DNA from: Myxococcales bacterium
GTDB taxonomy: Bacteria; Myxococcota; UBA727; JABDBI01
Reading direction: 5' to 3'
Assembly (NCBI GenBank): GCA_023248595.1
Contig: JAHFEG010000005.1
Span: forward strand, 19,134-83,133
Length of the DNA: 64,000 bases
The notes beneath the pieces were generated by a model. It made no database searches. It saw only the letters and a program-made list of their open reading frames with translations, and was not told the origin of the DNA. Shown here piece after piece: positions 1 to 9,066 of this stretch (positions within the stretch are counted from its first letter, which is position 1; each line of letters begins with the position of its first letter). The translations under genes were made by a program, and so were the position numbers.

Positions 1-266
1 TACGGCATACTGAAATTATGCGGCCTGAATTTGTGATCGGGAAAAACACCAAAGAGGCTGTGATGTCTGGTGTCTTTTTTGGATATGTGGGTTTGATAGA
101 TAATTTAGTAATGCGCATGAAACAGGAACTTGGGTGTCCTGTCAAAGTTTTAGCAACCGGTGGGTTGGCAAATTTATTTAAAGAAGCTTCTTTGACGATC
201 GAAGAAGTGGATGCAGGATTAACGATATCAGGACTGCGTTTGATATATTTTAAAAATCATAAATAG
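1..266 (+). CDS. coaX: type III pantothenate kinase, C-terminal fragment (5' end lies off the window)
   Basis: The frame is open to the left edge. GKNTKEAVMSGVFFGYVGLIDNLV...KVLATGGLA resembles the CoaX C-terminus. Confidence 0.75.
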   Translation, partial: RHTEIMRPEFVIGKNTKEAVMSGVFFGYVGLIDNLVMRMKQELGCPVKVLATGGLANLFKEASLTIEEVDAGLTISGLRLIYFKNHK

Positions 267-286
267 CAGCAGTTTTGTAAAATGGA

Positions 287-1738
287 TTGGAGTTTAAAGG
301 CGTGAGCACTGAAAGAGAAGAGTTAGAAAGCCAAGAAGAAAATCTTGTTGCTGATAGTAATGAGCCTATTCCTGAGCTAAGCAAAGATGAACTTGCTGCG
401 GAGTTAGCGGCAATAGGGAAAATATTGGTAGAACAACCAGTCGAGCCAGAAATCGCTCCTGCAGAAATTGATTTAAATGCCTTATGGGTTGTGCGCCGTT
501 TACGCGCAAAAGGCTTTGAAGCTTATTTAACAGGTGGATGCGTTCGCGATCTTTTGTTGAAAAAACATCCAAAAGATTTTGATGTGGCGACAAATGCTAA
601 ACCCGAAGAAGTGAGACGCATTTTTCGTAACTGCAGACTCATCGGTCGTCGTTTTTTATTGGCTCACATCTTTTTTCCAGGTGGAAAAATTGTTGAGACA
701 GCAACATTTCGTGCCAATCCTGTCGATGTTGCCGAAGATGTTTCAGAAGATTTACTGGTAACCCAAGACAATGTTTATGGCGATATTGAACAAGACGCGA
801 TTAGGCGCGACTTGACCATTAACGGTCTGTTTTATGATCCGGTTGCTGGCAGAGTCATCGACTATGTTGGCGGACGAAAAGATTTGGAAGCAGGTTTAAT
901 TCGTACCATTGGCGATCCAGAAATTCGTTTTAGAGAAGATCCCGTTCGCATTCTTCGTGCGGTGAAATTCGCAAGCCGTTTAGGATTTTCTATCGAAGAA
1001 AATACCTTGGCCGCCATGCGTCGACATGTGGGAGAAATTCCTCGCTGTGCGCCAGCTCGTATTCAAGAAGAGTTTGTGCGCTTACTGACCTCTGGTCAAG
1101 CCAAAGCTGCTTTTAGTTTGTGTTTGGAGCTGGGCATTCTCGATGTTTTGATGCCTGAGCTGGTTGAAGGCTTGAAGATGGAACTGGAAGGCAAAGCAGG
1201 TGAAGGTCAGGCTGCATCTGGTATGTCGCCTGCTGATAGAAGCGCGCAGTGGCAATCATTGTTGGAAGCCTTGGATGCCGTCATTGCCAGAGAAACAGAC
1301 GTTCCTTCAGCTGTTGCTTTTTCTTTGTTGCTTCTTCCTGGTTATTTGGCTTTAGAGAAGTCTACGCAAAATGAACGAAACTGGATTGATAAACTTTGCG
1401 TGAATTGGGCTGAAAGAATTCGTTTAACCAGACACGATCAAGATCGCATTCGTCTGTTGCTGTCAACGCTCAATCTATTCCAAAATGAAAAAATGGAACA
1501 AAAGTCAGTGCAGCATGTTGTGCGCAAACCATGGTTTCGAGAAGCGTTGCTTTTGTATATTTTGCAACTGTTTGCACAGGGTAAATCCCTAGAGCAAGTC
1601 GGTATTTGGAAAGCAATGGCAGAGGAAATTGATAAGCCGTATAAGCAAATACTGCGTGGTCAAAGACCTCCTAGGCCAAAGTTTAGACGCAAATTTCCGC
1701 CTGGTCGTATGCAGCAAAGAAGACGGCCTCACCCTTAA
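287..1738 (+). CDS. pcnB: poly(A) polymerase / class II tRNA nucleotidyltransferase family protein
   Basis: Contains GGCVRDLLL..DFDVAT and RRDLTINGLFYD motifs and a basic Arg/Pro-rich C-terminal tail. The start is uncertain: TTG at 287, or GTG at 302. Confidence 0.8.
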   Translation: MEFKGVSTEREELESQEENLVADSNEPIPELSKDELAAELAAIGKILVEQPVEPEIAPAEIDLNALWVVRRLRAKGFEAYLTGGCVRDLLLKKHPKDFDVATNAKPEEVRRIFRNCRLIGRRFLLAHIFFPGGKIVETATFRANPVDVAEDVSEDLLVTQDNVYGDIEQDAIRRDLTINGLFYDPVAGRVIDYVGGRKDLEAGLIRTIGDPEIRFREDPVRILRAVKFASRLGFSIEENTLAAMRRHVGEIPRCAPARIQEEFVRLLTSGQAKAAFSLCLELGILDVLMPELVEGLKMELEGKAGEGQAASGMSPADRSAQWQSLLEALDAVIARETDVPSAVAFSLLLLPGYLALEKSTQNERNWIDKLCVNWAERIRLTRHDQDRIRLLLSTLNLFQNEKMEQKSVQHVVRKPWFREALLLYILQLFAQGKSLEQVGIWKAMAEEIDKPYKQILRGQRPPRPKFRRKFPPGRMQQRRRPHP

Positions 1739-1944
1739 AAGGATATTGGCCTATGGGATCTGTTTTGCAGAGATCAACACTTTTTTAGGCGAGCAGCTTT
1801 CTGACTAATGGAGAGATGGCGAAAGGAAATGGTTCCTTGGAGGAACAAGCCGTTCGGCTAACACGTTCAATTTGGAAGAGAGGTGGCGACTGTGCAGGAA
1901 ACACGTCAACCCCTATCCATATGATTGTTTAGACGAGGGACTCT

Positions 1945-2436
1945 ATGCGCATTATCATGGTTGCTTTTGCTTTTTTCGTTATTCTTAGCTCAGGTATTTC
2001 TTACGCAGGAATATCTCAGGCGTTTTTGTTTAAAGGGGCGCAAGAAAACAATTTACACTTGATGACCCGAGGGCTTGCCCTGGGCGCTTCATTAACAGCA
2101 AGGACCGGGGTTTGGAGATGGGCAGCTTTGCATGTGGCTGCCAGCAAAAACAATGTGCTAGGAATAGAGCTGCTATTGAGGGCTGGGGCTGATTTGAATA
2201 TAAAAGATGCCGCCGGCTGGACTCCGCTTCACGTAGCGGCTCATTATGGATGCAAAGAAACCGTGGCATATCTTTTGTCCCAAGGTGCTGATATTTATGG
2301 AACTAATGCAACAGGGCGGACCGCTTGGAGTGTTGCCAACCACCAAGGTTTTCCAGAAATTAAAGAACTGATAGAATATTATGGCAAAGTCTACGACAAT
2401 AATTACTATGCACCACTGTTATGGGGCAATAATTAA
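1945..2436 (+). CDS. secreted ankyrin-repeat protein
   Basis: N-terminal signal peptide MRIIMVAFAFFVILSSGISYAG. ANK motifs present (LHVAASKNNVLGIELLLRAGADLN, TPLHVAAHYGCKETVAYLLSQGAD). Confidence 0.85.
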   Translation: MRIIMVAFAFFVILSSGISYAGISQAFLFKGAQENNLHLMTRGLALGASLTARTGVWRWAALHVAASKNNVLGIELLLRAGADLNIKDAAGWTPLHVAAHYGCKETVAYLLSQGADIYGTNATGRTAWSVANHQGFPEIKELIEYYGKVYDNNYYAPLLWGNN

Positions 2437-2547
2437 TCAGAATTGTGAGTATTGGGCTGCTTTTTGAACTGCCCCCCTTTTCTTTTCAAATTACTTTGGT
2501 AGCCTGGCAGGTTCATTTTGGTCAAATAAAAAAGGAAAAGTGAATAT

Positions 2548-3696
2548 ATGTCTAAAACACTTTCTGCCGGTATTGCAATGTTTGCCATGCTTTTTGGCGC
2601 TGGCAATGTCGTGTTTTCATTGGCATTAGGCCGCGATATGGGAGACATGGTTTGGTGGGCGATTGGCGGATTTTGTTTGACGGCAGTGCTTGTTCCTTTG
2701 GTGGGTCTAGTTTCCACAATATTGTACGATGGTGATTACGAGGCTTTTTTAGGCCGCATCGGTGTGATTCCGGGTGCTCTTGTTGCCTTTACCTGCTTAA
2801 TTCTGATTGGTCCATTCGGGGCAATTCCCCGCTGCATTACCACTTCATATGCTGCGATTAAGTGGTATTTTCCTGGATTTACCCTGGCATATTTTAGTGT
2901 GATGGCTGTTATTATCATTTTCTTGTTTACGTTTAGACAAAACAATGTGGTGGACTTAATCGGTAAGTTTCTAGGACCTCTAAAGCTGGCTTTGTTATTT
3001 TCCATTATTGTGGTTGGGCTTTTTTGGATGAGCGGCACCCCCTCTACTATCGATATTACACCTTCTTCGGCTTTGCTAAAAGGCGTTGTGGAGGGTTATG
3101 GAACAATGGATTTGCTCGGAACCATTTTCTTCGCCGGCCTGATTATTGGTAGCCTTAAAAAAGACATGGATCCTGAAAATCCAAATTATAAATTGCTAGC
3201 AATTCAAGGTTTTAAGGCAGGACTAATTGGCGCCTTTTTGCTGACCATTGTTTACACGGGTTTTTGTTTAGTTGCCTCTTTCCATGGACCGAGTGTCGCA
3301 GATGTCGATCGTTATGAGTTGCTGAATGCTTTGGCGCCTTTCATCTTGGGTCCTCAAGGTGGCATGTTAACCAATGCCGCGGTGGCCATGTCCTGCTTGG
3401 TAACTGCCATTGCGTTGACAACAGTGTTTGCGCAATACTTGCATCGGGTCCTCTTAAAAGAACGCGTGAGTTATGTAACAGCTCTGTTTATGACCGTGAT
3501 TGCCAGCGGATTAATGACGAACTTGGGTTTTAAGGGCATCATGGCCTTTATTGCTCCGATGGTAATCGCTTGTTATCCAGCCATGATCGTACTGGTGCTT
3601 TTCAACTTGGGCCACAAGCTTTTTGGAATCAAACTGGTTCGCGTGCCTGTATTTGCTACATTTGCAGTCACTTTAATCGCACAGTTTATGATTTAA
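2548..3696 (+). CDS. brnQ: branched-chain amino acid transport system II carrier protein
   Basis: Polytopic membrane protein. The N-terminal FAMLFGAGNVVF motif is typical of the BrnQ/LIVCS family. At 382 aa it is somewhat short. Confidence 0.8.
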   Translation: MSKTLSAGIAMFAMLFGAGNVVFSLALGRDMGDMVWWAIGGFCLTAVLVPLVGLVSTILYDGDYEAFLGRIGVIPGALVAFTCLILIGPFGAIPRCITTSYAAIKWYFPGFTLAYFSVMAVIIIFLFTFRQNNVVDLIGKFLGPLKLALLFSIIVVGLFWMSGTPSTIDITPSSALLKGVVEGYGTMDLLGTIFFAGLIIGSLKKDMDPENPNYKLLAIQGFKAGLIGAFLLTIVYTGFCLVASFHGPSVADVDRYELLNALAPFILGPQGGMLTNAAVAMSCLVTAIALTTVFAQYLHRVLLKERVSYVTALFMTVIASGLMTNLGFKGIMAFIAPMVIACYPAMIVLVLFNLGHKLFGIKLVRVPVFATFAVTLIAQFMI

Positions 3697-3712
3697 AAAA
3701 GGTCTAGCCTAT

Positions 3713-3758
3713 AAAAAACAGCCCCATGCCATCGGAAATACGCACGCCGTGCAGGGGC
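3713..3758 (-). terminator. probable Rho-independent terminator of the SCP2 gene
   Basis: On the minus strand, GCCCC(T)GC...GCATGGGGC forms a stem and is followed by TGTTTTTT. Confidence 0.5.
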
Positions 3759-3783
3759 AGACGAAGCTTGGTTACTCAATTAG

Positions 3784-4101
3784 CTATGATAAGAGTGATT
3801 GTAGTTTCAGTGCGAGCGCCATGTCGCCTTTCACCTTAATCTTTCCTTGCATGAAAGCCATGGTTGGATTCATTTTTCCGCTTGCCAATGAAACCCAATC
3901 TTCACCCTTGGCAATGGTAATGGTGCATTGAGCATCCTTATCATCTTGGGTGATCCAGTCTGCTTTCTTGGTGAGATCAACGTGCCATTTGCCTCCTCCG
4001 TCACCACCAATGTTGAATAAAAAACTGGCGTTAATTTTCTGTGCTTTTTCTGGGGTTAAACGTTGCTTCATATCTTCAAAAACTTGATTGACTGTCGACA
4101 T
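3784..4101 (-). CDS. SCP2 sterol-carrier domain protein
   Basis: MNPTMAFMQGKIKVKGDMALALKLQSLL is a typical SCP-2 C-terminal motif. Length is 105 aa. Confidence 0.8.
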   Translation of the reverse strand: MSTVNQVFEDMKQRLTPEKAQKINASFLFNIGGDGGGKWHVDLTKKADWITQDDKDAQCTITIAKGEDWVSLASGKMNPTMAFMQGKIKVKGDMALALKLQSLLS

Positions 4102-4172
4102 GTAGTTACCTCATAGATGGGTTTGGAGTAGATTTTGCAGAACTTTTAATGAATGTCAAAGATAAATTCTGA

Positions 4173-4191
4173 TCTTTGGAACGTGCATGCT
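4173..4191. repeat. 19-bp direct repeat, left copy (duplicate of the ilvE 3' end)
   Basis: TCTTTGGAACGTGCATGCT is identical to 6565..6583. Confidence 0.85.
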
Positions 4192-4295
4192 GCATTGTTC
4201 TGGTCAATATCAGGAAGAGACCAAACGCAGTTTTTTTGGGAAACCACCGTCCTGCATGTTATCATTGAGACATCCGATACTTCACAGGGGGGGAT

Positions 4296-6515
4296 ATGGT
4301 TATCCGTCGCGAAGGAAATCTGCCACATGTAGGCGCTAATCATGAAGCAGCGCCAGAGCAACCACCAAGACACGAAGCTGAAGATCTCGAGATAGCTGAT
4401 GGGTTTGTTAAAGCCATACCCAAAGCGCCAGCGCCAGGCTTAGCATTAACTGAAGCATTGAAAAGCAAGGACCTTGTGCTTGCCAAGACCTTGATTGCAG
4501 CAGGGGCACGTCTAAATGGTGAAGAAAAGGATATGGCCGGCCAGGAATTGGTCAAAGAATTAGCTGATGAGAACGCAGAGTTTGCGAAGATCTTAATTGC
4601 AGCAGGGGCCAACCCTAATTGTCTGGATAGCTCTGGTGCCGTCGCATTGCATTATGCGGAAGATCCAGAGATAGCGCAGGCATTGATTGCGGCCGGGGCA
4701 AATTTGGAGTTGAAAGATCAATTCGGCTACACTCCATTAAGTCAAGCGCTGATGCTTAAGTATAGCGAGCTTGCAAAACTTTTTTTGGATAATGGGGCAA
4801 GTGTAACTAAGGAAAACTTAGAAACATTGCTACACCCCGAGCAAGAATCCTTACTTGACTCCTTAGACGATGCAACACTGGAGCGTATTCTCAAAACGCC
4901 CCAAGATGGGAACGGCAACACTTTATTGCATAACAGGAACCTCGATCAGAAGCTTAAAGAGCTTGTGATTGCCCGGGGCATTGATACCAGCACCTGGGTT
5001 AATGCCGAGGGTTTTAGTCCCGAGGACACCCAGAAGGATTTATCGGCAAATTGGTTGACGACCCCCAAGAGCCAAGGATCAGCTGCGCCCGCGCTGACAC
5101 GAATAGAATATGATGCGCAGGCTCAAACGTTAGAAACTGATCTGAAATCTTTGTGGGATAAGGCTATAGGGGAAACTCCGGCAGATAAATTGCCTGTCCT
5201 TTTGCAAGTCAGTGGTCAAAATCATAGCAAAGATGATATTTTTGGGGCAATCAATAGGATCTTAACCAAGGTCAAAAGCCAACAAGCCTGGTTGGGAACA
5301 CCGCGCGCTGACCAGCTCGACATTATGCATAATTTTTACAATGAAATGCTGCATAACTTAAATACCGCCAGCCAAAACCTTAAAAATAAACCAGCAAATG
5401 AGGTCATAGGGCATCTCGTCAGTATCGCTTTACCCGAAATCGAAGGGCGCTGTGCCACTGCTTATCAACAAGAATTCAAACAGCAGGCGGGGTTTTTGAG
5501 TGGGTCACCAGAAGCACTTTCTACCGATGGACAAGTCAAAGCGGCAGCAAACTCTGCCTTGTTATCCCTGGTGGAAAAAATTACGAGCGAACAACATGGG
5601 TCGGATGTCCATTTCTTGGCGGGTTATCAACTAGCTGCAGGTCTTTCTTCTATCCCCGACCCACTATCTCATATAAATCCAGAAACAGCGGGGCAAAACT
5701 TGCGGGCGAGTTTCGATCCCATTTCTTTCACAAAAGACTTCAGCAATCACGTATCCAGGGAGACCGCAACCGATTGGCTTAAAGAGCAAACACCGGCTGA
5801 AGCATTGCCTGAATATCTGGAGCTTAAAAAAGCTGTGGCCGTCAAAGAAAATAATCTGGATGAGAACACCAAAGCCCAGCTTGCAGAAAATGGCATGGAT
5901 GGGGAAAAAACTTTTGAGCTGCTCACCAGCAGAATTTTGCGCGCCGCTAAGCTGGCAGATGCTGCCGCAGGTGAACCCATCACTTCGCAAAATATAGCCA
6001 AAAGTATGCTGCAAAAAACCTTTGGCGTTGCATTCGCAAAAGAAATTCCTACAGAAATCTTGGCACTTTTTTCTGAAAAAGAATTTTCGCAATTTCGGGA
6101 CGCCCTAAAAGAGTTTGTGCAAAGCCGTATTGATCTATTAAGCAGCCCACAGAAAATATCTTTGCGGAGTTGGATCAGTAGTCCGCAGCCCTTATTCGAT
6201 CGCTTGCGTGCGGCGCTGACATTCAATGCTGAGGCGACCAAATTGAATTTTTCGCCCGAACAAAAAACAAAATTTTTGAGTCTGCAAAAAGAATATGAGC
6301 ATAGCATGCAGAAGTTCGCCGATGATTTAGACGCACAGGCTGAGGAGGAAGGCAAAGAATCCGATGTTTCCTATCAAACATCTGCCGGCAGCGTATCAAA
6401 CGCCATCGAAGATGCTCGCCTTCTCAAGTACAACGAGGATGTTTTACAAAAGCCAACGCAAGCCCTGATGATTGCAGTACTCAAAAAGTTTGGTGCTTTG
6501 GGGGTGCCGGCTTAA
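4296..6515 (+). CDS. large ankyrin-repeat protein (739 aa) with an uncharacterised C-terminal region
   Basis: The N-terminal third has ANK repeats (LIAAGARLNG, LIAAGANPNCLDSSGAVALHYA, LIAAGANLELKDQFGYTPL). No signal peptide is apparent. I do not recognise the remaining roughly 500 aa. Confidence 0.8.
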   Translation: MVIRREGNLPHVGANHEAAPEQPPRHEAEDLEIADGFVKAIPKAPAPGLALTEALKSKDLVLAKTLIAAGARLNGEEKDMAGQELVKELADENAEFAKILIAAGANPNCLDSSGAVALHYAEDPEIAQALIAAGANLELKDQFGYTPLSQALMLKYSELAKLFLDNGASVTKENLETLLHPEQESLLDSLDDATLERILKTPQDGNGNTLLHNRNLDQKLKELVIARGIDTSTWVNAEGFSPEDTQKDLSANWLTTPKSQGSAAPALTRIEYDAQAQTLETDLKSLWDKAIGETPADKLPVLLQVSGQNHSKDDIFGAINRILTKVKSQQAWLGTPRADQLDIMHNFYNEMLHNLNTASQNLKNKPANEVIGHLVSIALPEIEGRCATAYQQEFKQQAGFLSGSPEALSTDGQVKAAANSALLSLVEKITSEQHGSDVHFLAGYQLAAGLSSIPDPLSHINPETAGQNLRASFDPISFTKDFSNHVSRETATDWLKEQTPAEALPEYLELKKAVAVKENNLDENTKAQLAENGMDGEKTFELLTSRILRAAKLADAAAGEPITSQNIAKSMLQKTFGVAFAKEIPTEILALFSEKEFSQFRDALKEFVQSRIDLLSSPQKISLRSWISSPQPLFDRLRAALTFNAEATKLNFSPEQKTKFLSLQKEYEHSMQKFADDLDAQAEEEGKESDVSYQTSAGSVSNAIEDARLLKYNEDVLQKPTQALMIAVLKKFGALGVPA

Positions 6516-6536
6516 CTTTAAGAGCTTAAACTCAGG

Positions 6537-7478
6537 TTAAACTAACATAAACTCGGTGATCCATTCTTTGGAACGTGCATGCTTCATATCAATCACATCG
6601 TTGAAAAGTTGATTGGCGCGATGATAGAATGGACCCGGCTGTCCGTGATTTTTATTTCCGATAACCCGGCCATCGACAGATTCAACAAAAGTGACTTGAG
6701 CTGCGCTGCCGGTCAGAAATAATTCATCACACGTATAAACCATAGAACGATCGATGATGTCAAAATCAACCGGGATACCATCATCGTTTAACAAATCGAT
6801 AATCGTACGCATGGTAACGCCCTCTAAAGGACCGGATCCGATATGCGGTGTGACCACGCGATTTCGATAAACCACAAACAAATTAGCCACACTGGCTTCC
6901 ACAATGTTGCCAAGGTCGTCCATCATGAGCGCTTCATCGTAGCCGTTGCGTCTGGCTTCAGAAGTTGCCAATGCGGAATTCAAATAACAGCCACTCGCTT
7001 TGGCTTTGGTAGAAATAGAAGCATCCGAAAATTTTTTCCGACTCGAAACCATGAGGCGCAAACCGCCAGATTTTTTAAAATACTGATTAAGCGGCATCAT
7101 ATAAACAGCAAAAAAGAAAGAGCGTTCGTCCATGCATGGCCCTAAAATTTCATCGTCAGAAAATATAAAGGGTCGGATGTAAAAGTCAGAACTCGGAGCA
7201 TTGGCCTTAATTACATCTGCAATAATTGTTTCAAATGCTTGAAAGGTCATCTCAAAATTAAAGCCTAAAATTTTACAAGCATTCATTAAGCGTTCGTGGT
7301 GATCTTCGAGTCTGAGCACGCGTGCTACGCCTTGGCGATGGTAACCGCGCATCCCACCAAAACACATGGTACCGTACTGCAAACTGTGGCTAGCAATACT
7401 GACACAAGCTTTCTCGTTGGGTACAATGGCATCGCGAAAATAAGCAAATGGCATCATGGACTTAATAGGTACATTCAT
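6537..7478 (-). CDS. ilvE: branched-chain amino acid aminotransferase (class IV aminotransferase)
   Basis: 313 aa with class IV aminotransferase-like sequence throughout (e.g. EASVANLFVV, LTGSAAQVTFVESVDGR). Confidence 0.85.
   Translation of the reverse strand: MNVPIKSMMPFAYFRDAIVPNEKACVSIASHSLQYGTMCFGGMRGYHRQGVARVLRLEDHHERLMNACKILGFNFEMTFQAFETIIADVIKANAPSSDFYIRPFIFSDDEILGPCMDERSFFFAVYMMPLNQYFKKSGGLRLMVSSRKKFSDASISTKAKASGCYLNSALATSEARRNGYDEALMMDDLGNIVEASVANLFVVYRNRVVTPHIGSGPLEGVTMRTIIDLLNDDGIPVDFDIIDRSMVYTCDELFLTGSAAQVTFVESVDGRVIGNKNHGQPGPFYHRANQLFNDVIDMKHARSKEWITEFMLV
6565..6583. repeat. 19-bp direct repeat, right copy (inside the ilvE 3' end)
   Basis: TCTTTGGAACGTGCATGCT is identical to 4173..4191. 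Confidence 0.85.
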
Positions 7479-7539
7479 GTCTTACCTAATAAGATGGTTG
7501 CGAAAATTTGTCATTCCTTAAATAGTTTCTTTTTATCAC

Positions 7540-7559
7540 CATTTGCCAAACTTAAAGCT
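7540..7559. repeat. 20-bp copy of the opu upstream region
   Basis: CATTTGCCAAACTTAAAGCT matches 10326..10345 at 19 of 20 positions. Confidence 0.6.
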
Positions 7560-7641
7560 AAACGTTTTGGAAGGGCTGACACCGTTTCCAAGAGAGTCTT
7601 AATGCGTGGCAAATGGCTGGAAAATTCTACTCAACTCTCTC

Positions 7642-8736
7642 TCACGAGTAAAGATTGGGGCCAAGAAACTGTGCACGGCCAGGACCTCCCTTGCCATCAT
7701 CTTCAGGGTCCGGGTAGTATTTCAGCGGTCTCTTAGGGGACGTGAAAAAGTATCCAAAAGTCAGAAACTTGAAAATTGCCCGTTTTATGTTCGTGATCCA
7801 GCCAGCATTGTTAGCGGCGTCACGATCAATAAGAAATTGATCTAGCGCAGGATTACTGAAAAGATCAGCATAGTGTAGCGGGGTGCTGCCAACATTGTTA
7901 GCTGCGCCAACCTCGGCGCCTTCCTCCAAAAGAAGTTGAACTACCTCAGGATGCCCGGATTGAGTAGCATCGTGCAGTGGGGTGCTGCCAGCATCGTTAG
8001 CTGCGCTAACCTCGGCGTCATGATCAACAAGAAGTTGAACTACCTCAGGATGCCCGGATTGAGTAGCATCGTGCAGTGGGGTGCTGCCAGCATAGTTAGC
8101 TGCGCTAACCGCGGCGTCATGATCAACAAGAAGTTGAACTACCTCAGGATGCCCGGATTGAGTAGCATCGTGCAGTGGGGTGTTGCCAGCATAGTTAGCT
8201 GCGCTAACCGCGGCGTCATGATCAACAAGAAGTTGAACTACCTCAGGATGCCCTTGTAGAGCAGCCAAGTGTGATGGGGTGTTGCCAGCCTTGTTAGCTG
8301 CGCTAACCTCGGCGTCATGATCAACAAGAAGTTGAACTACCGCAAGATGTCCGGAAAGAGCAGCCTCGTGTAGCGGGGTGTTGCCAGCCTTGTTAGCTGC
8401 GTTAACCTCGGCGCCATGAACAATAAGAAATTTAACTAGCGCAGGATCTCCGAAAAGAGCAGCCTCGTGTAGCGGGGTGTTGCCAGCCTTGTTAGCTATG
8501 CTAACCCAGGCGCCTTCCTCCAAAAGAAGTTTAATTACCGCAAGATGTCCGGAAAGAGCAGCATAGTGTAGCGGGGTGTTGCCAACACAGTTAACTGCGT
8601 TAACCGCGGCGCCTTCTTCCCCCAAAAGAAGTTTAACTACCGCAAAACGTCCGGAGTGAGCAACATAGTGTAGCCTGCCTGAAAGTACGACGGGTGAAAA
8701 ACAAAGGAGCGCGACAAAAAATGATTTATTAAACAT
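7642..8736 (-). CDS. secreted ankyrin-repeat protein (about 9 ANK repeats)
   Basis: Signal peptide MFNKSFFVALLCFSPVVLSG. GNTPLH(D/E)A...GH.EVVQLLVDHDA.V repeats every 33 aa. Confidence 0.9.
   Translation of the reverse strand: MFNKSFFVALLCFSPVVLSGRLHYVAHSGRFAVVKLLLGEEGAAVNAVNCVGNTPLHYAALSGHLAVIKLLLEEGAWVSIANKAGNTPLHEAALFGDPALVKFLIVHGAEVNAANKAGNTPLHEAALSGHLAVVQLLVDHDAEVSAANKAGNTPSHLAALQGHPEVVQLLVDHDAAVSAANYAGNTPLHDATQSGHPEVVQLLVDHDAAVSAANYAGSTPLHDATQSGHPEVVQLLVDHDAEVSAANDAGSTPLHDATQSGHPEVVQLLLEEGAEVGAANNVGSTPLHYADLFSNPALDQFLIDRDAANNAGWITNIKRAIFKFLTFGYFFTSPKRPLKYYPDPEDDGKGGPGRAQFLGPNLYS
7931..8227. repeat. three near-identical 99-bp tandem units inside the ankyrin gene
   Basis: Units start at 7931, 8030 and 8129. 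By hand alignment neighbouring units differ at only 1-2 positions. More diverged units continue to about 8640. Confidence 0.9.
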
Positions 8737-8902
8737 GTGTTACCTTTCCGCGGCTTGCGGGGGATTTATTGCAATAAAGTATTCGAATTAAACATTGGAA
8801 ACACTGTATAGTGCTTGCTTGCTGATTTGTCAACAAGTGACGCATGTTTGAGGCGTCTAAAGTAATTTTACGAGAAAAGAGGCAGCTTGATCTTGCACCC
8901 GT

Positions 8903-9047
8903 TTCCCGGCTTGCCTAAAAGTCCAAAATCTAATGCGTTCCTATACTGTAAATATATCGATGCCAGTTACTTTCGCTTCTTTAAAAAACAATGATCCGGA
9001 TGTTTTTTTTAGGAAATTGGATGCCTGCCCAAGAAACCGACATCAGA
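8903..9047 (+). pseudogene. duplicated, internally deleted fragment of the opu promoter and 5' coding region
   Basis: 8903..8954 matches 10346..10397 and 8955..9047 matches 10594..10686, with 2 substitutions and 1 T indel. The missing 196 bp is bounded by the microhomology CTGTAATTAT / CTGTATTAT. Confidence 0.7.
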
Positions 9048-9066
9048 AACCTGAAGAGCAAAGGGT

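Noticed and set aside
1739-1944. A 206-bp gene-free region upstream of the first ankyrin gene, which might hold a riboswitch or sRNA (SRP-like AGGAACAAGCC).
   Set aside because: The resemblance to the SRP RNA domain IV motif is only partial, and I could not fold a convincing conserved structure by eye. This needs an Infernal scan.
5664-6355. Minus-strand ORFs of 142 and 202 aa.
   Set aside because: They are antisense to the large ankyrin protein gene and have Cys/Ser/Phe-rich nonsense-like composition.
7936-8259. 107-aa plus-strand ORF with an internally repeated sequence.
   Set aside because: It lies antisense to the ankyrin gene, exactly over the 99-bp tandem units. Its periodicity is a by-product of the repeats, and it has no start context or recognisable fold.
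7850-8640. A regularly spaced repeat array that might be a CRISPR array (the same question applies to 30700..32040).
   Set aside because: The units are contiguous with no unique spacers. Their lengths of 99 and 108 bp correspond to 33-aa ANK and 36-aa Sel1 modules in one long ORF. No cas genes are present.
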